Below are positions 36,357 through 41,378 of a DNA stretch of 41,378 nucleotides, piece by piece. The stretch covers positions 310,001 through 351,378 of the forward strand of contig JAMDHS010000010.1 of the NCBI GenBank assembly GCA_029717555.1, in the 5' to 3' direction. Numbering within the stretch: position 1 is the stretch's first letter; every line of letters starts with the position of its first letter. The DNA is from Peribolospora baueri (lineage: Eukaryota). The notes under the pieces are model-generated. The model made no database searches. It was not told the DNA's origin and worked only from the letters and a program-made list of their open reading frames with translations. Made by a program: the position numbers and the translations under genes.

Positions 36357-39300
36357 ATGCTCGCCCACGCGAGCCTCGCGCTCGTTTCTTCCCTCACCCT
36401 CCCCCTTCTCATCGTCCTCGGAGGCGATGGCCGTGGTTTTGTTCGAGCCCAGGCGGACCCCGCTCAGTATGGTATGTCGGCCATCAGTGCCTCCTCGCGC
36501 TCTCCACCAGACACAGACACACGTTCGAACGATGCCTGAGCACATTCACTTCGCCCGCTCCACCGTGTCCGTTTCTTTATCGATCAGTCGACCAGTTCAT
36601 AGGCACAGCCAATGGCGGTCACGTATTCGCAGGCGCGACTTTGCCCTTCGGTGCAGTCAAGGCCGTCGCGGACTGCGACAGTGGTGATGCGCAAGGTCAG
36701 TAGCGTAGCGTCGTTGTATGCTCCGATCATGCGGTTAGGGGGAGATGGATCGCTCATAACCTCCTTTCTCTTGTCCGCCCGGACTGCCTCGTCGTCCTCT
36801 CAACCGTCCTTCCTTTTCTTCAGGCGGGTTCGTCTCTGATGGCAGCCCAATCCTTGGTATCAGGTGGGTCCCCAGCATTCCCCCGTGGTTTCTCGCTGTC
36901 GCCTCTTCCTCTTTGACCACCTCTCGCTCCTCTCCCTCCCCCTCTCCTCTTCTCCCTTCCTCACACCCCTACAGCCCATTGCACGACGACGGCACCGGTG
37001 GCGGCAAGAGCTTGGGCAACTTTAAGCTCATGCCCATGTACTGCGACCTGCTCGCTCCTTCTGGTAGCGCCGACCGCTGCAATACTACCTTGGAACAGAG
37101 GGACACGCCAAGAGTGGAGGGGAGCCAAAGTGAGCTTGGCTTGTCTTGCTCGAGGTCACGAGTCGTTGCCCCCTCTCTGACCGACTCCGTTTGGATATGC
37201 CCCTCTGAACAGGTGCCTCACCTGGGTACTTCTCCCTCGGCCTCGAGACGGGTATCACGACCGAGGTCACTGTCACGCAGCATGTCGCCTTGCACAGGTT
37301 CACTTTCCATCGCGATCTCACTCCGTCTTCGTCGACCAACGCATCCTCGCCGTCCGCCTCCGCTGCGGGAAGCCGTAGAATGGAGGGCCACCGACCGGGT
37401 GAAGCGAGGCACGGTCGGCGGGGGCTTGTCCGTGCGCGGTACCCCTCTGCTTCCGATGTTTCGGGGCTTGCTTCCTCTACGCTCGGTCATAGCGCCTCCT
37501 CTCCTTCCCAGCCCGCTCCGAAATCAGGTCCCGTACTTTTGCTCGACCTGACAAACGACCTCAGCCGGTCCTTCCAGGGCGACGGGACGCTCAATATTCA
37601 GTTCCAACAAGAAAAGTCGGGACAAAACGCGACCGATGCGAACGGACGTGGGCAGACGGCTAGGATCACTGGGTCAGGCAGATTCACTCCCAGTTTTGGA
37701 GAGGGCACCTTCGAGGTGAGTACGAGGGGTCCGACCCGGTCCTCCCGTCTCTGGCACTGGCCCATATAATTGACCTTCCCCACAACTTTACTCTTCTCAA
37801 ACATCATTCATCCTGGTCCGATTGCACGCCATTGTCACCAACCAGGTCTTTTTCTGCCTTGACGCGCCCGGCGTGACCCTCGCAGGGACTTATGCGAACC
37901 GTTCGATCAACGTTGGTCAAGACGTTCTCGTCGCTCAAAATCCTGCGAGTGAGTTTCTCGATAAAACCTCGTTCTCCCTGCCGGTGCGGAGGGCGCACAC
38001 GCTGCCGCTTTTTTTCGTGTCATAGGTGACTTTCCCTGCTCACGTCCCTTTCGCTCTGCCCGATCCCTCTCCTCTTGCCCTTTTCGCAGCCGAGTACGGC
38101 GCCCTTCTGTCCATCTCTCCCGCCTACCTCCAATCGCACAATTCCTCCCTCCCCGTCCGGCAAGCCATCTCCTGGACCTCAACTTCGCAGGCTTGCGCTT
38201 TCGCAGAAGCCGAGGTCCTTTCTTTCGACGCGCCCGAGCAGTTTGATAAGGTCAAGAGCGCGGCGAGGGCAAGGTGGAACAAGGTGCTCGGGACGGTTCA
38301 AGTCGGCTTGGAGGGCGTCACTCCGGAGCGCGTGACCGATTTCTGGACCTCCGTAAGTTGACTTCTTCCGATCCGTCCGACTTGCACTTTTTGACGCGTC
38401 GCGCTCTCGCCTCTCTTGGTCCCGGTCGACTCACCGTCACTTCCCCCTTCTTCTCCCCTGGAACGGCCGTCCACAGCTATACAGGACCTACATCTCCCCG
38501 TACAACCTCACCGGCGACAACCCGCTCTGGCAGTCGTCGGAACCGTTCTATGACAGCTACTACTGCATCTGTGAGTAGTCGTTTTTGTCGTCTTCTTTCA
38601 GGCCGCCGAGCACGAACGATTCGAGGTCTCCTGGACACTGACCCTCGTCTTCCCCGCGCTCCTTTTCCCGTCCGTTTTCTCTGGTCGCAACGTTCTGCTG
38701 CTAGGGGACTCGTTCCGTGTGGTGAGTGTCCATCCCTTCTCCTCGCTCTCTGTCTCCCTCTCGTTACTCGACAGATGCGTGTCACTCACCGTGCTCGCCT
38801 TTTCCCTCTTCTGTGCAGGTTCACCCTCTGTGGACGATCACCCAACCCGACACGCAAGCAGAGGTGATCCGCGCCCTCATCGACGTCTATAGACACACCG
38901 GCTTCCTTCCCGACTGTCGCATGAGCCTCGATAAAGGATTCACTCAGGTGCGTGTTCGAACGCATGTGTCTTTTCCTCCTTCTCTTACCCCTCCTTTTTT
39001 CCATTTCCCCTTTCTCACTCGTTTTATTATCTCGTTTTATCCTGCACTCTTTTCCCGCTCTGTGCTCTCCAACAACAGGGCGGCAGTAACGCGGATTCCC
39101 TTCTGGCCGACTCGTTCGTCAAAGGCATCTCTGCAGGCATCGATTGGGAAACTGGCTTCGAGGCGATCAAGAAGGACGCCAACGTAGAGCCCCCCAATTG
39201 GGGCGTTGAGGGCCGGGGTGGCATCCAGAGCCGCGCCAAGCTCGGTTACGTTCCTGTCGATGACAGCACCGATCCTCCCGGTGTGGGCACCAAAGGCAGG

Positions 39301-40981
39301 TCGGCTAGCAGGACTTTGGAGTACTCTTACAACGTGCGCATCCTCCCGCTTTTTACCTTCTCCTCTCCCTTTTGATTCCACCTCTTCGATCAGGTTGGAT
39401 CAACTGGTCGGAGTGTGGGTGCCCTGTTGACATGTCTTCTTTGATCCCCGTCCCTTCCAAACGCAGGACTTCTCCATCGCCCTTGTCGCCCAAGGCCTCG
39501 GCCATTCGGCGGACTATGCCCACTACACGAATGCTAGTGGGGACTGGTACAACCTCTGGAACCCTAACACTACCAATTCGGGCTTCTCTGGTTTCATCCA
39601 GCCGCGGTATGCTGTGAGGATGACCAAGACGCGGTTTCGTTTGACGGAGACAGACCCCGCTCACGACGAGATTGTGATCTCCTTCATACGGCTACGATCC
39701 TGGACGCTCAAAACCTAATGACGGCAGGACGGTACCTGGGACCATGTCGATCCACGCTTCTGCTCGCCCGTCCTCGGCCACACGGTACGTGATGCGTGAT
39801 GCGTGCATGCAGGTTTCGCGGTCATCTCCATCATGCGGCGGTAGCGCGCTGACCCGCGCATCATCCTCGTCCCACGCGCTCCCTGCCCTTCTTTTCAGAG
39901 CTGCTACCTCAACCCTCAAGGCGGCGAGTTTTACGAAGGTGAGTTCCCTTCTGCCGTCGTTGAACAGCGCTGGAGGTACCGGCCCTTTTCCAATCCTTTT
40001 CCCTCGTCCATGTTAGCCTCCTCGTGGCAGTACAGCACCTACGTGCCACACGATATGGCACGACTGATCACGCTTGCGGGTGGCAATGAGACGTTTGTCA
40101 AGCGGCTCGACGCGCTGTGGGACAATCACTACGCCGACATTGGGGTGAGTGTCGACAGCCGGATGTGCTCTTTGCTCCTCACCTTTTACCCGGGTTTCTC
40201 CCCTTTCTGCGAGGGGGCTTGGACTAAGCGACTGACTGGTGTTCTCTTCGCGACCTGACTCGGTCACAATGCAGGACGAACCGGCCTTCTTGCCGCTCTT
40301 CCTGTACAACTACGCCGGACAGCCTGCGAAGACGGTGGATAGGGTGCTGAACGTGATTGACGGGGGCTTCAACACCAGTGTCAACGGTCTTCCCGGGAAT
40401 GAGTGAGTGAGGTGGAGGAAGGCTGAACGGAGGAGAGGAGGGGAGGACTCAAGTTGACTTTCTTCCTCGTCGTCTTCGCTCGCACCTTCGTGACCGGTCA
40501 TACAGCGACAGCGGAGCTATGGGCGCACTCGTCGTTTTCTCCTCCCTCGGCTTCTTCCCCGTGGCAGGTCAGTTCAAGCATGCCTTTCCCGCCTTTGTCA
40601 CCGAGTTTCGAGCCGCGCCCGCCATCGAGCTCACTTTTCTCCCCCCCTTGTCTCTCCCGTTCCGCCTCCTCCAAAGGCCAATCCGTCTACCTCCTCTCAA
40701 CGCCCTTCTTCCCCTCGCTCACCTTCACCAACTCCGTCACGGGAACGACGGCCCGCTTCACGACGATCAACTTTGACGGCGCGTCGACGAACAAGTACAT
40801 TCAGTCCGTCAAGGTCAACGGCACGGACTACACGCACAACTGGATCAGCCACGATATCTTCCGGTACGGTGGCACCGTCGAGATCACCCTCGGCCCTCAC
40901 CCCAGCCAGACGTGGGGGACGAGCCCGGCGGACCTGCCGCCCAGCTTGAGTACCGGCGGCAATTTCGCCGGAGGTCATTGA
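36357..40981 (+). CDS. Secreted alpha-1,2-mannosidase, glycoside hydrolase family 92, multi-exon
   Basis: A hydrophobic signal-peptide-like N-terminus is followed by YVDQFIGTANGGHVFAGATLPFG, LHDDGTGG, ASPGYF, SLYRTYISP, YCIWDSFR, GFTQGGSNAD, SRTLEYSYNDF, FYEASSWQYS, IGDEP, GLPGNDDSGAMG and YIQSVKVNG. Confidence 0.95.
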
Positions 40982-41378
40982 TACCAAGCCGGGGTCGCCC
41001 GTGCCTTCGTTCCCTCGTTCGTTCGTTCCCTCGCGGCCAAGACAGGACGGTCTTCTCGACCGCCGGTTCGCACACCTCTCCACCGCGTCCTTAGCGCGGT
41101 GATCACTTATACCCGATTCGATTTTGTGTCTTCCGCGTCCGACTTTCGGCGCCCAAAGGCAGGCTGCAATCTTAGTCATTACATCCACTCCACCTGAGGA
41201 AAGCGGGCGGGTGGGAGCTCGTAAGGAAACGAACGGATCGTCACTGAAATGAAGGAAGAGGAAAACGTATATGCCGTGCCCGTCCACGCGCGCGGGAAGA
41301 TGCGGAAACGATACTAGTAGCCTTGAACCTGCGGATTGTCTTTGGTGAAGAGCTTGGCGATCTCCTATATAAAAAAAA

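Overview
This is a GC-rich, intron-dense eukaryotic window with GT-AG introns and CTRAC-like branch points. It looks like a basidiomycete fungus, though that assignment is inference from gene style. Hand-splicing supports 12 genes: the 3' end of a class I O-methyltransferase, dolichyl-diphosphate phosphatase, xylitol/sorbitol dehydrogenase, an MFS transporter, xanthine/hypoxanthine phosphoribosyltransferase, 3-hydroxyisobutyryl-CoA hydrolase, an orphan acidic protein, UDP-glucose 6-dehydrogenase, pyruvate decarboxylase, an alpha/beta-hydrolase, THO2 and a secreted GH92 alpha-1,2-mannosidase. Most of the six-frame ORFs are exon fragments or antisense shadows. Several features go beyond the gene list. 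A 524-bp TIR element (pogo/Tc1-mariner-like MITE) sits in a divergent promoter. The polyol dehydrogenase has an upstream in-frame ATG adding a mitochondrial-presequence-like peptide. The MFS gene carries two frameshifts and the O-methyltransferase one, while neighbouring genes are intact. Two unrelated 21-bp-period AT-rich minisatellites lie in one intergenic island. I see no clear evidence of a large novel multi-gene system.
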